Source: Microgenomates bacterium OLB22 (GTDB taxonomy: Bacteria; Patescibacteriota; Microgenomatia; UBA1406; HO2-37-13b). From it: a DNA stretch of 64,000 nucleotides. The DNA lies in contig LLEV01000005.1 in the NCBI GenBank assembly GCA_001567515.1, positions 132,484 through 196,483 of the forward strand. The letters are read 5' to 3'. Below the pieces are notes generated by a model, which saw only the letters and a program-made list of their open reading frames with translations, made no database searches and was not told the DNA's origin. Positions 10,107-19,449 of the stretch are shown here, piece after piece (positions within the stretch are counted from its first letter, which is position 1; each line of letters begins with the position of its first letter). The position numbers and the translations under genes are program-made.

Positions 10107-10214
10107 CATTTCGGCTCGCGTTGCTCGCTCAATGCGAGAAACGGGAGGCGAAACCCCTAGATCAGAGGAGATGTTTATAGTGAGCCTGTCGAACTAACTC
10201 TGATCCTCGGCACA
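10091..10214 (+). repeat. 18-bp direct repeat of the tRNA-Phe 3' end (att-like)
   Basis: ACTCTGATCCTCGGCACA occurs at 10091..10108 (inside the tRNA) and again at 10197..10214. Confidence 0.7.
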
Positions 10215-10259
10215 AAAAACGTAAAGCTCAAAGATAAAGAATCTCCCTCATTGTCCCAC

Positions 10260-10410
10260 CACCCGTTGTCATCCCAGCGCAGGCTGGGACCCGGGAAACA
10301 AAATCTAACAAGAGATCCTGAATCCCTCCTTCGCCAAGGCTACGGAAGGACACGTAAATTCAGGATGACAAACATCTAGTAGTCTGGATTCCTACCTTCG
10401 CAGGAATGAC
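10260..10410. repeat. cluster of short hairpin repeats (REP-like)
   Basis: GTCATCCCAGCGCAGGCTGGGAC; ATCCTGAATCCCTCCTTCG...CGGAAGGACACGTAAATTCAGGATGACA; GGATTCCTACCTTCGCAGGAATGACA. Confidence 0.5.
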
Positions 10411-10495
10411 AGAATGGGAGCAATCCCCACGTCGTCCTTTGATAAACTCAGGTCTATGCGGGGTGAGGCAAGATCAGGATGACGCATATATGAGC

Positions 10496-10831
10496 TTATT
10501 TCTGAAACGCATCCACGATGGTGTTCAGGAGCGACACAATGATGGCAAAAAGGAGCGCTGCGATAAAACCGGGTACACTAAACGTCGGTATGAGATAATC
10601 AACCAACATTACGATAAAAGCATTAAGGATAAAGGTAAAAAGCCCTAAACTCAGGAAGTTAAGAGGTAGCGTAAGCAGAGTCAATACTGGCTTAACAAAC
10701 GTATTGATCACCCCCATCACCACCGCTACCAGGATCGCCGTCATGAGGTCAGGGAGTACTACCCCTGGCAAGATCCGTGCAGTAACAAAAACGATGACCG
10801 AGTGGATGATAAGTGTTACAACCCAATTCAT
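10496..10831 (-). CDS. small 4-TM membrane protein, DUF360 / phage-holin-family-IV-like
   Basis: 111-aa ORF with four hydrophobic segments. The sequence style resembles YvlD/DUF360. Confidence 0.55.
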   Translation of the reverse strand: MNWVVTLIIHSVIVFVTARILPGVVLPDLMTAILVAVVMGVINTFVKPVLTLLTLPLNFLSLGLFTFILNAFIVMLVDYLIPTFSVPGFIAALLFAIIVSLLNTIVDAFQK

Positions 10832-10849
10832 AGTACTAGAATAACAAGG

Positions 10850-11638
10850 ATGAATCCCCTACGCAATACCAAACATATATGTCTGTACAAACCTCTTGGG
10901 ATGACTCCGCTCCAAGCCATACAACAACTTCGCAAGGAGCATCCTGAGTATGAAAACCAAAAGATCGGCTATGCTGGACGTCTTGACCCAATGGCCGAAG
11001 GGGTACTTCTGTGTATGGTGGGCGACGGGAATAAGTTGCGAGAGGAGTATATCGGACTGGACAAAACATACGATGTCACTGCCATACTTGGCTTTTCAAC
11101 CGACAGCTATGATCTCCTTGGACTTGTTACCGATTCGTCTACAGAGATACATACACATGAGTTTGAAAAATCCGTGCTTAAACTTGCTAACACTACTATC
11201 CACCAGCCGTATCCTCCCTATAGCTCCCAGCCTGTGGACGGTATCCCACTCTATAAGAGGGCACGGATGGGCCTTCCCTACGACCTAAGTACCATCCCTC
11301 ATAAGGAGCGTGAGATCTATGAGGTGTCACTGCTAGGAAGATATTCACTCACACCAGACCAACTCCTGACCGATATCCAAGAAAAAGTAGATATTGTTAC
11401 AGGCGATTTTAGACAAGAGCTTATCATTCGGACATGGGAAAAATTATTGATAAGTCCGATCCACAATATTACGGCGATCAAAGCACGTATCAGATGCTCT
11501 AGTGGGACTTTTATTCGCACACTCATTAATGATCTAGGAAAAAAGGCAGGGTCCGGAGCCTGCGTACATTCTCTGGTAAGAACACAAATAGGTGAGTTCA
11601 GCCTCACAGATGCCATTAGACTCTATCCCCCTCGGTAG
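10850..11638 (+). CDS. truB: tRNA pseudouridine(55) synthase TruB
   Basis: ORF 10802..11638 (GTG). ATG at 10850. Motif GYAGRLDPMAEGVLL contains the catalytic Asp. Confidence 0.85.
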   Translation: MNPLRNTKHICLYKPLGMTPLQAIQQLRKEHPEYENQKIGYAGRLDPMAEGVLLCMVGDGNKLREEYIGLDKTYDVTAILGFSTDSYDLLGLVTDSSTEIHTHEFEKSVLKLANTTIHQPYPPYSSQPVDGIPLYKRARMGLPYDLSTIPHKEREIYEVSLLGRYSLTPDQLLTDIQEKVDIVTGDFRQELIIRTWEKLLISPIHNITAIKARIRCSSGTFIRTLINDLGKKAGSGACVHSLVRTQIGEFSLTDAIRLYPPR

Positions 11639-11731
11639 TATGAAGCACGATCACTTCAGGCATATGAAATCCTGGGCATGAAAAAATCCCTCACACCGCC
11701 AGTCGACAGATGAGGGATTTATCGGGTATAC

Positions 11732-12153
11732 CTACATCATCCAATACAAGACTGCAGCCATAAGAACAGTGTTCACGAGCTTGTACGATACATTGATGTA
11801 ATAGAGCTCAAATGGTCGCTTAGTAAAAAGGCTATCACTAAGTGTAGTAGTAGCGAGGAAGCCTAACCACGCCCAAAATCCAAACTGTACTGCTTCAGTA
11901 AGCTCCTTACGCCAATGTACGTCATAAAGTGCACCATCACGTATGCCATCAGAAGAGTTGCAAGAAAGGTAATAAAGTAGGCTGGTTTTGCTTCCTTTTG
12001 CATCTTCTCGACCATCTTCTTATCACTCATGTCAAACCCTTCAAGCATTGCCCACTTTTTCCCAAACATCATAGGTGAATACCAAAGGCTACCAACCGCC
12101 ATAGGAACAATAGCTGCCAAGAGCACTGAGAGATAATTTATAGTTATGTCCAT
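11732..12153 (-). pseudogene. DUF1761-family membrane protein, one frameshift near 11885
   Basis: ORF 11863..12174 (start MDITINYLSV at 12153, SD GGAGG). The C-terminus ELTEAVQFGFWAWLGFLATTTL...VLYWMM* continues in another frame to 11732. Confidence 0.65.
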
Positions 12154-12154
12154 A

Positions 12155-12991
12155 TCATTCACCTCCCTCCACAATGTAATATGTGCCCTTTGCAGAGCCT
12201 AATATCCCATCTCGAACCAGTGTCGCCAGAGCGTCATATGTTTTCATCTTGTCGTATCCGAGTGATAATGCAAATTGCTCAGAAATATGTTTCCTTTGCA
12301 ATGCCTCTCGTAGGAGTACACCTCTCACCTGCCTAATTGACCCTTCGAATCGTGATTGGCATGTGTAATGTTTACTCTGTAGATTGCGAAACTTCTTTTC
12401 CTTCTTGAGCATAACACCATAATCAGTCAATGCATAGAACCAGTCTCTGGGATGATCATAATCAAGTGAAATCTGTACATCCCGAAGGAGCGATTCATCT
12501 GTGACTTCTTCCTCACCCTCATAAAAGAAGTAGAGATATACAGCACGGATATTGGTCTCGATAAAGGGCGTAGGTCTATCATAAGCATAGGTATAGATGG
12601 CTGCTGCAGTCGCATAGCCAATACCGGGAAGATTATCCAGCTCAGAAACAGTTAGTGGGACTTTTCCATCGTAGTCTTTGGAGATCATCTGTGCCGCCTT
12701 ATGTAAGTACATACCGCGTCTGTTATATCCGAGGCCCTGCCAGAGTGACAATACTTTAGAGAGTGGAGCATCGGCAAGGGCTTTTACAGTTGGGAAGGCG
12801 TGGATAAATCTCTCATAATACGCTACCACCCTACCGGTCTGAGTCTGCTGTAGCATGACCTCAGAGACCAGGACTTTATACGGGTCAGACTCATATCGCC
12901 AGGGAAATACCCTCCCGTGACTGCGAAAATAGTCATATATCTGCTTTTGAAAGCGATGGATATCTATGGTATGTAGATCAGGACTTGGCAT
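12155..12991 (-). CDS. HhH-GPD base-excision DNA glycosylase (MutY/Nth family)
   Basis: ORF 12155..13012. VSEVMLQQTQTGRVVAYYERF...LWQGLGYNRRG...LPGIGYATAAAI. I see no obvious 4-Cys cluster. Confidence 0.75.
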   Translation of the reverse strand: MPSPDLHTIDIHRFQKQIYDYFRSHGRVFPWRYESDPYKVLVSEVMLQQTQTGRVVAYYERFIHAFPTVKALADAPLSKVLSLWQGLGYNRRGMYLHKAAQMISKDYDGKVPLTVSELDNLPGIGYATAAAIYTYAYDRPTPFIETNIRAVYLYFFYEGEEEVTDESLLRDVQISLDYDHPRDWFYALTDYGVMLKKEKKFRNLQSKHYTCQSRFEGSIRQVRGVLLREALQRKHISEQFALSLGYDKMKTYDALATLVRDGILGSAKGTYYIVEGGE

Positions 12992-14024
12992 AATGCTCCT
13001 TATAGATCTCAAGAGATGTTACGAAGAGTATCATGATTACTGGGCCGTAAATGATCCCTAGCGGACCAAAAAGCTGTATCCCTCCAAAAAAGCTGATGAG
13101 CAGGAGGGCAGGATGAAGGGTCGCTTTCTTGGACATGAGGTAGGGTCTGATGATATTATCGATCGTACTAATGACAAATATCTGGGCGAGCAGAACTATG
13201 AGACCCTCTGTATATTTGCCCGAGATGAAGAGGATGATACTAATGGGAATCGTGATAAATCCGGTCCCCAGTAGGGGTATTAGGGATGCCACGATCATAA
13301 CTAAAGTCAGGGTCAATACAAAATGCATACCTGCTATCCAGATAGCAATGCCACCTAATACCCCTTGGATAAAAGCAATCAGGACATTACCCCGTAGTAC
13401 CGAAGTCATCATAGCAGTTGCTCTGTTGATATAGGTTTCATCAACCGCATTGTCCAAAGGACTCATCTGCTCAAGATACTTGCGCAATCTTGGTAATGCA
13501 GGAGTGATAAGAAAAACAAGGATAATAAAGACGATAGTGTCTGTGATGAGTTTGCCAGATTGGACAAGATTGTTTAACAAAGATGTTGTCAGTGGCCTCA
13601 GAAAAGTCTGTATCTCCTGTACGAGCTCAGCTCTCGTGATGCTAGCTTGTACACCAGGGATCATAGATAATACCTCATTTATCCTATCCACCACTGTATC
13701 TAGGTCAAGAGAGCCATTGACTATGGAGACAGTGACTGTATCCCTCAACTTCAAGAGCTCATTGATGAGATGATTTCCAACAAAGTAGAGAGGAAGGAAG
13801 AGTGTTATGAATGAAAAAAGAAGAGCTAGAGTCGAAGCAAGAGCCTCAGGGATGCCTTTTCTCCTCAGATAGGAAAAAAGAGGATAGATGACTATAGCAT
13901 ACGCTCCCGAAAGGGCAACTAAAGGCCAGATGACTTGCACGACCCTAAAGGCAGCCAATCCAGTCAAAATGAGTACTGAGAAGAAAAATAGCCTTCTATT
14001 TACAGGTTTACTCTCAGATACCAT
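12978..14024 (-). CDS. AI-2E family (PerM/UPF0118) transporter
   Basis: 348-aa polytopic ORF with the C-terminal stretch TIDNIIRPYLMSK...GGIQLFGPLGIIYGPV. Confidence 0.75.
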   Translation of the reverse strand: MVSESKPVNRRLFFFSVLILTGLAAFRVVQVIWPLVALSGAYAIVIYPLFSYLRRKGIPEALASTLALLFSFITLFLPLYFVGNHLINELLKLRDTVTVSIVNGSLDLDTVVDRINEVLSMIPGVQASITRAELVQEIQTFLRPLTTSLLNNLVQSGKLITDTIVFIILVFLITPALPRLRKYLEQMSPLDNAVDETYINRATAMMTSVLRGNVLIAFIQGVLGGIAIWIAGMHFVLTLTLVMIVASLIPLLGTGFITIPISIILFISGKYTEGLIVLLAQIFVISTIDNIIRPYLMSKKATLHPALLLISFFGGIQLFGPLGIIYGPVIMILFVTSLEIYKEHYAKS

Positions 14025-14062
14025 AGATCAATCATACAACAGTCCATGCCAGATCGCGAGTA

Positions 14063-14728
14063 TCACTGCATTTCATCAGGAGTATCGTTGGTCTTTTGCA
14101 GCTGACCTGAATACTTCTTGAATAGGTCTATGATACTCTGTCTCTGGGCAGGATCTTTGAGGATATGCCAAGCAGTCGGAGCGACGGAGATAAATACGAT
14201 AAAGAGGACGATGGGGAGAAGATATGCGTCAACATCGGGGATACTCTTACCTAAGAAATATCCTGCCCATGTTAGACCAACAGCCCAGATCAAACCACCA
14301 AAGACATTGTAAGCAAAAAAGGTACCATACGGCATCGAGCCAATTCCTGCCACAATTGGGGCAAAGGTACGAACGAGAGGGAGAAAGCGTGCAAGGACTA
14401 TTGTTTTCTTACCATGTTTCTCATAAAAGTGTTGGGCCTTACTGATGTGTTCTTTGTGAAAGAGTAGCGAGTCTTTACGTGTAAAGAGACGCGGTCCGAC
14501 TTTTTTCCCAAAGTAATACCCCACACTGTCCCCTGCGACGGCAGCTACAAAACATAGAATTGACAAAGGGACAATATCAAAAAACCCTTGTGAAGCTAAA
14601 AAACCAGCGGTAAAGAGCAGGCTATCACCGGGTAAAAAGAACCCGAAAAACAGTCCGCTCTCAGCAAATATGATAGCGGTTATACCAGCATACCCGATAG
14701 TGGGGAGGATAGTTTCTAGTGATGTCAT
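14063..14728 (-). CDS. DedA/SNARE-associated family membrane protein
   Basis: ORF 14063..14848. Likely ATG at 14728. FAESGLFFGFFLPGDSLLF...ARFLPLVRTFAPIVAG. Confidence 0.8.
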   Translation of the reverse strand: MTSLETILPTIGYAGITAIIFAESGLFFGFFLPGDSLLFTAGFLASQGFFDIVPLSILCFVAAVAGDSVGYYFGKKVGPRLFTRKDSLLFHKEHISKAQHFYEKHGKKTIVLARFLPLVRTFAPIVAGIGSMPYGTFFAYNVFGGLIWAVGLTWAGYFLGKSIPDVDAYLLPIVLFIVFISVAPTAWHILKDPAQRQSIIDLFKKYSGQLQKTNDTPDEMQ

Positions 14729-14831
14729 CTTCTTGTATGATACCTGATCCACAGCATAAAAAAAAGCTACCTTATTGGTTGTCCTTGTCATTTGATATTG
14801 GTAGTGCTGTGCTATAGGTATTCTTTCACAA

Positions 14832-15113
14832 ATGGTCCGTAGCAACATTACCCTGCTGGCAGACGAGCTCGGGGTTGAGGACAGCGTACATGGTATTGAT
14901 GCTGTTCACGATAAGGTGATGAGCTACCCCCACCTTGCTCGTCAATGGGCCGCAATAGATAGTGGAGCAAATCACATCAATGTGGAAAGATTTGGCAGCC
15001 TAATGAAGTCGAGGAGGCCAAGTAGTGTTCCAGCCAAGCTACTCTATGACTATATGACTCGTGACATCAAGAGGATCCCCATTGATACTCGATATGGACG
15101 GGCTACGATCTAG
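14832..15113 (+). CDS. orphan protein (93 aa)
   Basis: It fills a 420-bp gap. Upstream is TGcTATAGG (-10-like). The hairpin CCGAGC-ACAG-CTCGG + T-run at 15121..15145 follows the stop directly. Confidence 0.5.
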   Translation: MVRSNITLLADELGVEDSVHGIDAVHDKVMSYPHLARQWAAIDSGANHINVERFGSLMKSRRPSSVPAKLLYDYMTRDIKRIPIDTRYGRATI

Positions 15114-15149
15114 CTACAAACCGAGCACAGCTCGGTTTATTTATGCTTA

Positions 15150-15492
15150 TTAATGTCCCACTATCTGGCGCACCATACCCCAAAAGATCTTTCCCCAGAA
15201 GCCTGCCTTTTTCTCTTTTAAGATAGAGGTCTTTTGACCTAGCATCTTTTGTGCCTGCATAAGGAGGATCAACCCATGTGGAGATCACTACAAGCTCACC
15301 CTTATCATTGGGCTTGGTGATGGCAGTGATAGTTTGGCTACCATTTCGTTTGATATACTCAGTGCTACCAGGTGTCTTTCCCTGTCTGATGTAATCAGGT
15401 GAGTTGATCGCTGACTCGATCATCGAAGTATGCATCCGCCTATCACTGAGTCTTTGTCTAGCATGTTTAGTCCAGATGATCTTAGCTGACAT
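15150..15492 (-). pseudogene. DUF4258-domain protein (toxin-like small RNase fold), C-terminal frameshift
   Basis: ORF 15103..15513. Start MSAKIIWTKHARQRLSDR at 15492. The alternative-frame C-terminus KEKKAGFWGKIFWGMVRQIVGH* ends at 15150. The shift lies in the T/A runs at 15208..15219. Confidence 0.55.
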
Positions 15493-15520
15493 AGGGTAGT
15501 GTAGCATATACAATACGGCT

Positions 15521-15808
15521 ATGAAAAAGGAAAAAGACGTGTTCGAATCACTACCTGGAGTAGGAGCCCGTATTGCCCAAGACCTGAGAGATCTTGGCTA
15601 TACCGCTATTGAAGATCTAAAAGGACAGGACCCTCAAGTCATGTACGATCGTTTTTGTCAGCTCAAAGGCCATACTGTGGATAGATGCCTCCTTTACGTA
15701 TTTCGATGCATCATCTATGCTGTGTCCGAGCAGAAGACAGAAAAGCATCTGTTACAATGGTGGAATTGGTCTGATGCCAATATGAAAAAATATGGAAATA
15801 TCCGATAA
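15521..15808 (+). CDS. helix-hairpin-helix protein (Cdd1 / pathogenicity-locus-like)
   Basis: 95-aa ORF. ESLPGVGARIAQDLRDLGY is an HhH motif. Overall resemblance to the PF11731-type family. Confidence 0.55.
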   Translation: MKKEKDVFESLPGVGARIAQDLRDLGYTAIEDLKGQDPQVMYDRFCQLKGHTVDRCLLYVFRCIIYAVSEQKTEKHLLQWWNWSDANMKKYGNIR

Positions 15809-16105
15809 CTATGAAGTAGGACCTAGTGCTGTTAGATGGATAAGTGCACGACTAGTTCGCGCAAAAAGATGCTTACGCACGTGCCAGAGATCGTATAGGC
15901 AACCATAGAGACCTGCTAGAAGATGCCTCTGAAGTCTCAAAGAGAGTGGGGACAGTCAGTACTACTGTAATGGTTGCAGGTCTGATAGGCATGAGAAACG
16001 GAATAGACACAGCAAGCATTGTCGCTTTAGTAGGTGGGGCACATGTCACTGGTCACGCCATCGGACTATATCTCGAGGAGTTATTACGTATTTTAGACAA
16101 ACCAC

Positions 16106-16465
16106 ATGACAGACACGAATGAACCAAATCATATACAGACACTCGTCTATTCATTTAACCTAGAACCAGAGGAAAAAACACTGATGTGGCAGAAGTTTGA
16201 GGAGTACATCTATACCTCGGCAGTACGTTATCTCTATGAAGCGCTCTCGGAGAAAGAAGTAGAGATCTTCAATAAAATAGGCCAGACAGCTCCTGAAGGC
16301 GACTCTATGATCATGCTTGTCGCGGAACATCCAGAACTAAAGGGATACTACGAAAAAGCCTTAGCTCAATCCTACGCAGATGTCTTGGCTCTGCTTGAAG
16401 CTGCAGTGACAAAATTTGGGTCTGAGGAATCCCACCAGTTGTTGGCAACTATCAAAGGGCAGTAA
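16106..16465 (+). CDS. hypothetical acidic protein (119 aa)
   Basis: Intact ORF, no family recognised. Confidence 0.5.
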   Translation: MTDTNEPNHIQTLVYSFNLEPEEKTLMWQKFEEYIYTSAVRYLYEALSEKEVEIFNKIGQTAPEGDSMIMLVAEHPELKGYYEKALAQSYADVLALLEAAVTKFGSEESHQLLATIKGQ

Positions 16466-16477
16466 ATGGAGCATATC

Positions 16478-16551
16478 CGGGATGTAGCGCAGATGGCTAG
16501 CGCGCGTCGTTCGGGACGACGAGGTCGGCGGTTCAAGTCCGCCCATCCCGA
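16478..16551 (+). tRNA. tRNA-Pro (CGG)
   Basis: Acceptor CGGGATG/CATCCCG, anticodon stem CGTCG/CGACG, loop TTCGGGA, T-arm GGCGG-TTCAAGT-CCGCC. Confidence 0.9.
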
Positions 16552-16616
16552 CACTTCGACATGAGCGAAGGAGGGTACATGAACGAAGGGAGACTCTTCA
16601 ATTCCTCATTTTTAAC

Positions 16617-17213
16617 ATGGATCAAGCATCAATACTCAAAAACACTCCACAAGAAGTCAAAGACCTTCTAAAAGACTATTCTCTACCAGAGATAACTGGT
16701 GACATCAGACATTGGGGCGGATACATCCATCTGAAAAAGGCAAACGAGTATGATGAAAAGATCTTGTGGATCAACCCGACAGGTGATCCATCACACCCTA
16801 TAAAGGCTCTTAGTCTGCAATATCATGGTATTGATGGAATAGCCCCACACAGAGAGGTGTTTACCGCCATGACTGACATGGTTCTCTTGATTGGCAGTGG
16901 GGATCTGAGCAAGCTTAGTGGAGAACAACTAGTTGAAGCACTCACCGAGCAAGTGAACAGTATTCAAGTAGTATTCCTAAAGAGGAGCTCAACGTATGAG
17001 ATCCCGGGAGGATTTCTCCACGCCTATGTAAATCCTTTTTATGATCGTCCTGTAATCTTGATAGAGAAAAGGATCTCCCCCAGAGATCAGTCTGCTGATA
17101 TTCGTGAGGCGAACATCTACCGCTTGTTTGACCAAGACGGAAGGGGCACAAGAGGGCTGTATCCTGAGGAGATCATGAGGAAGATTGGAAAAGCGAAGGA
17201 AGCAGGACGTTAA
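16617..17213 (+). CDS. cupin-fold protein, type II mannose-6-phosphate-isomerase-like
   Basis: RHWGGY...KILWINP...LSLQYHG...HREVF resembles the WG..../LSLQ.H..R.E motif of PMI type II cupins. Confidence 0.5.
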   Translation: MDQASILKNTPQEVKDLLKDYSLPEITGDIRHWGGYIHLKKANEYDEKILWINPTGDPSHPIKALSLQYHGIDGIAPHREVFTAMTDMVLLIGSGDLSKLSGEQLVEALTEQVNSIQVVFLKRSSTYEIPGGFLHAYVNPFYDRPVILIEKRISPRDQSADIREANIYRLFDQDGRGTRGLYPEEIMRKIGKAKEAGR

Positions 17214-17300
17214 GTAAAGTATTTCTCAGTTAGCAACTGACGATTGAATGTTTAATATAACTTGAGTGATGATCAATGAAACCCTAATGTACTATCTGTC

Positions 17301-17858
17301 TCAGGACCCAGAGAAAACGGGGATAATGCTGCACATAGAGAAGTTGTTGTAGGCAAGCAGAGAGGGGAATATGACTGACTTTTCAATGAACTCCCCTGTT
17401 CGTATCCTCATTGCCTGAATGGGAGGAATCCCGAATGCGAAGGGGATAGGGAAGAGCCATGGCACTCCCTCTTTGGTCAACATATCAACCAACAGATGAG
17501 CCACATAGCCGATCATGAAAGCTGTCCATATGATACCGCTATCTACAAGTATAATCGACTGCATTGCCACAAGAAGTAATTTCAGTATCCAACCGAATAA
17601 AAGTACACCAAGTAATGAGTGAGAAATAAATCTATGGCCTCCTAGTATAGGGCTGACTAGTCGAGCGATCACTGTCCCGGCAGGAAGTCGGCGATACAAG
17701 TCAGCGGTAGGCTGATCTATATCGGGAGCAAGTCCCCCGATAAAGCATGCTCCAAGCGCTGCTACAGCTGTGGCAAGAGACATATCTGGAATAGTGGTAT
17801 ACACCAGCGTCAATGAAAGAGCTGTAAAAGAAGTGAGATCATGTGTCCGACCTGTCAT
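17301..17858 (-). CDS. DUF457 (YdjM-like) membrane-bound metal-dependent hydrolase
   Basis: ORF 17301..17918 (TTG). ATG at 17858 gives MTGRTHDL.... FISHSLLG and YVAHLLVDMLTKEGVPWLFP motifs. Confidence 0.7.
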   Translation of the reverse strand: MTGRTHDLTSFTALSLTLVYTTIPDMSLATAVAALGACFIGGLAPDIDQPTADLYRRLPAGTVIARLVSPILGGHRFISHSLLGVLLFGWILKLLLVAMQSIILVDSGIIWTAFMIGYVAHLLVDMLTKEGVPWLFPIPFAFGIPPIQAMRIRTGEFIEKSVIFPSLLAYNNFSMCSIIPVFSGS

Positions 17859-17988
17859 GTAGTCAGTATATATGAAGTTCAACAATTGAATTAGTTCAGC
17901 GATGTCTTTGATGCTCAAAAGATCCAGTATTACTATATATTAGCCAAAAAAAAACGGACGGGTCTATGACCACGTCCGTCTAAGAGAA

Positions 17989-19071
17989 CTACTGCAAGTC
18001 TGCATGTCTTACAAATGGGACAAAGACCCTTGAGGCAATCTGCTCACGCGTGAGCCAGTCAACCTTCCAGATCTCTACTCCTGTCTCGCCACGAGTCACA
18101 AGGCGCGTGAGCGAAGAGCTTATCCGTGCTTGCACCATACCATTAGCTTCCAGATGAACCACCAAACGTGGATTGGTAGTCGATTCCCTGACATCAAACA
18201 CCAAAACACCTTCTGAAGTGGTAACTGTTACAAATCCCGTTTCAATGTAACGAAGGTCCCTGATCTCGCCAGAGATAGGCGTGTCAAGAGGTTGAGGCTC
18301 ATGAAGAAAATGAGGATCAGTACTCAGTGAGTACACTGTACCATTTCTCACCACCCAGACGGCCTCGTTTCCAATAGCCTCCATTATCTGGACATTATCA
18401 AAAGCACGCCCCTTATGAGAAATGGAGCCTAGTGCACTGAGTCCAGGTGGTTGTGAAATATCAAAGAGATCAAGACTATCCTGACGACCGACAAAAAGAG
18501 TCGTCCCTTGAGCGGCTAGTGATGTTATCAAAGAGCCTGACTCAAATGTATAGCCCCAAAGCTGCGGGATACCTTCTAAACAGCTTGCATCAGCCAAAAC
18601 AAATGAAGCAGGTCCCTGATCATATACAACCCAGCCATTACTAAACCTATCAATCTTTGTAGCATTAGTACCGCTCCTTGTGAAAAGGCTGCGAAAACAT
18701 TGGCTACTCTCAATATAGAGTTGAACTTGGTCTAACATATACAACACCCCGCTTTCACTATGTATCACGATAGGGTCTGCTGGCAGCCCAACATCATGTA
18801 ACCAATGCACATATTTGGTATCGAAGTCCGTTTGTAGGGATTCATACAGACCAACAGCCTTCAGCTGAGGGACCCCTCTGAAAAAGGTGATAACCTGATC
18901 CTTATAGATATCGATATCGCCATAGGATAAGGCGCCCGTCACTTGAAATGTTCGCTCCAGATTGGGTCTTATCGGGTCGCCACCGCTTCCTTCTGCTGAA
19001 GCCAAGTTAAAGGTGATGCCTACGCCCACTGAAATAACAATCATTGAGGTGTACCAAAGGCGCTTGTTCAT
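17989..19071 (-). CDS. secreted beta-rich protein (360 aa), unknown function
   Basis: N-terminal signal-like segment MNKRLWYTSMIVISVGVGITFNLASA. No family recognised. Confidence 0.55.
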   Translation of the reverse strand: MNKRLWYTSMIVISVGVGITFNLASAEGSGGDPIRPNLERTFQVTGALSYGDIDIYKDQVITFFRGVPQLKAVGLYESLQTDFDTKYVHWLHDVGLPADPIVIHSESGVLYMLDQVQLYIESSQCFRSLFTRSGTNATKIDRFSNGWVVYDQGPASFVLADASCLEGIPQLWGYTFESGSLITSLAAQGTTLFVGRQDSLDLFDISQPPGLSALGSISHKGRAFDNVQIMEAIGNEAVWVVRNGTVYSLSTDPHFLHEPQPLDTPISGEIRDLRYIETGFVTVTTSEGVLVFDVRESTTNPRLVVHLEANGMVQARISSSLTRLVTRGETGVEIWKVDWLTREQIASRVFVPFVRHADLQ

Positions 19072-19372
19072 CTAACGTCCTTTCAGTCATGTCAAAGTCC
19101 AGAGCGCACCATATCCCAAATGGGGCATGGTATCTTAATCGAAATTATAGCACAAATTGCTATAGGTTTCAATTTGAGTTTACCGTGCACTTACCCCGAA
19201 AGTGCATATGTACACCTGTGAATCGTACCTCACCGAAGCTCTGCGAAGCAGGTATGTTGAGTAGCCAGCAAATGATATGGATCGCCCCCACGCGCTAAAG
19301 CTAGTGCCGAGATTGACCTAAATACTGCGCTTGTTCTACAGTAAGAATAGACGAACTGTCCAAAGAGAAGAC

Positions 19373-19398
19373 AAAAAAATACCCCGCCGTAGCGGGGT
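19373..19398 (-). terminator. intrinsic terminator of the vWA/PncA/kinase operon
   Basis: Minus-strand reading: ACCCCGC-TACG-GCGGGGT followed by T7 (plus strand A7 at 19373..19379). Confidence 0.8.
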
Positions 19399-19449
19399 TG
19401 AGTCCTCACTTTATGTGAGGGTTAGTGTATCGAGATTATAGGTTTCTCG

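Noticed and set aside
10034-10214. tRNA-Phe with an intron, or a split tRNA using the second 3' half at 10197..10214.
   Set aside because: The first 73 nt already fold into a complete cloverleaf. The second copy lacks a T-arm 5' strand and T-loop. A direct-repeat (att) interpretation is simpler.
15836-16123. Possible small gene in the 300-bp gap (…AKDAYARARDRIGNHRDLLEDASEV…MVAGLIGMRNGIDTASIVALVGGAHVTGH…).
   Set aside because: The protein-like frame has no start codon until GTG/ATG near 15944/15972 (under 60 aa). The upstream ATG 15836 is in another frame. It is either another frameshifted gene or a small membrane peptide, and there is not enough evidence to call it.
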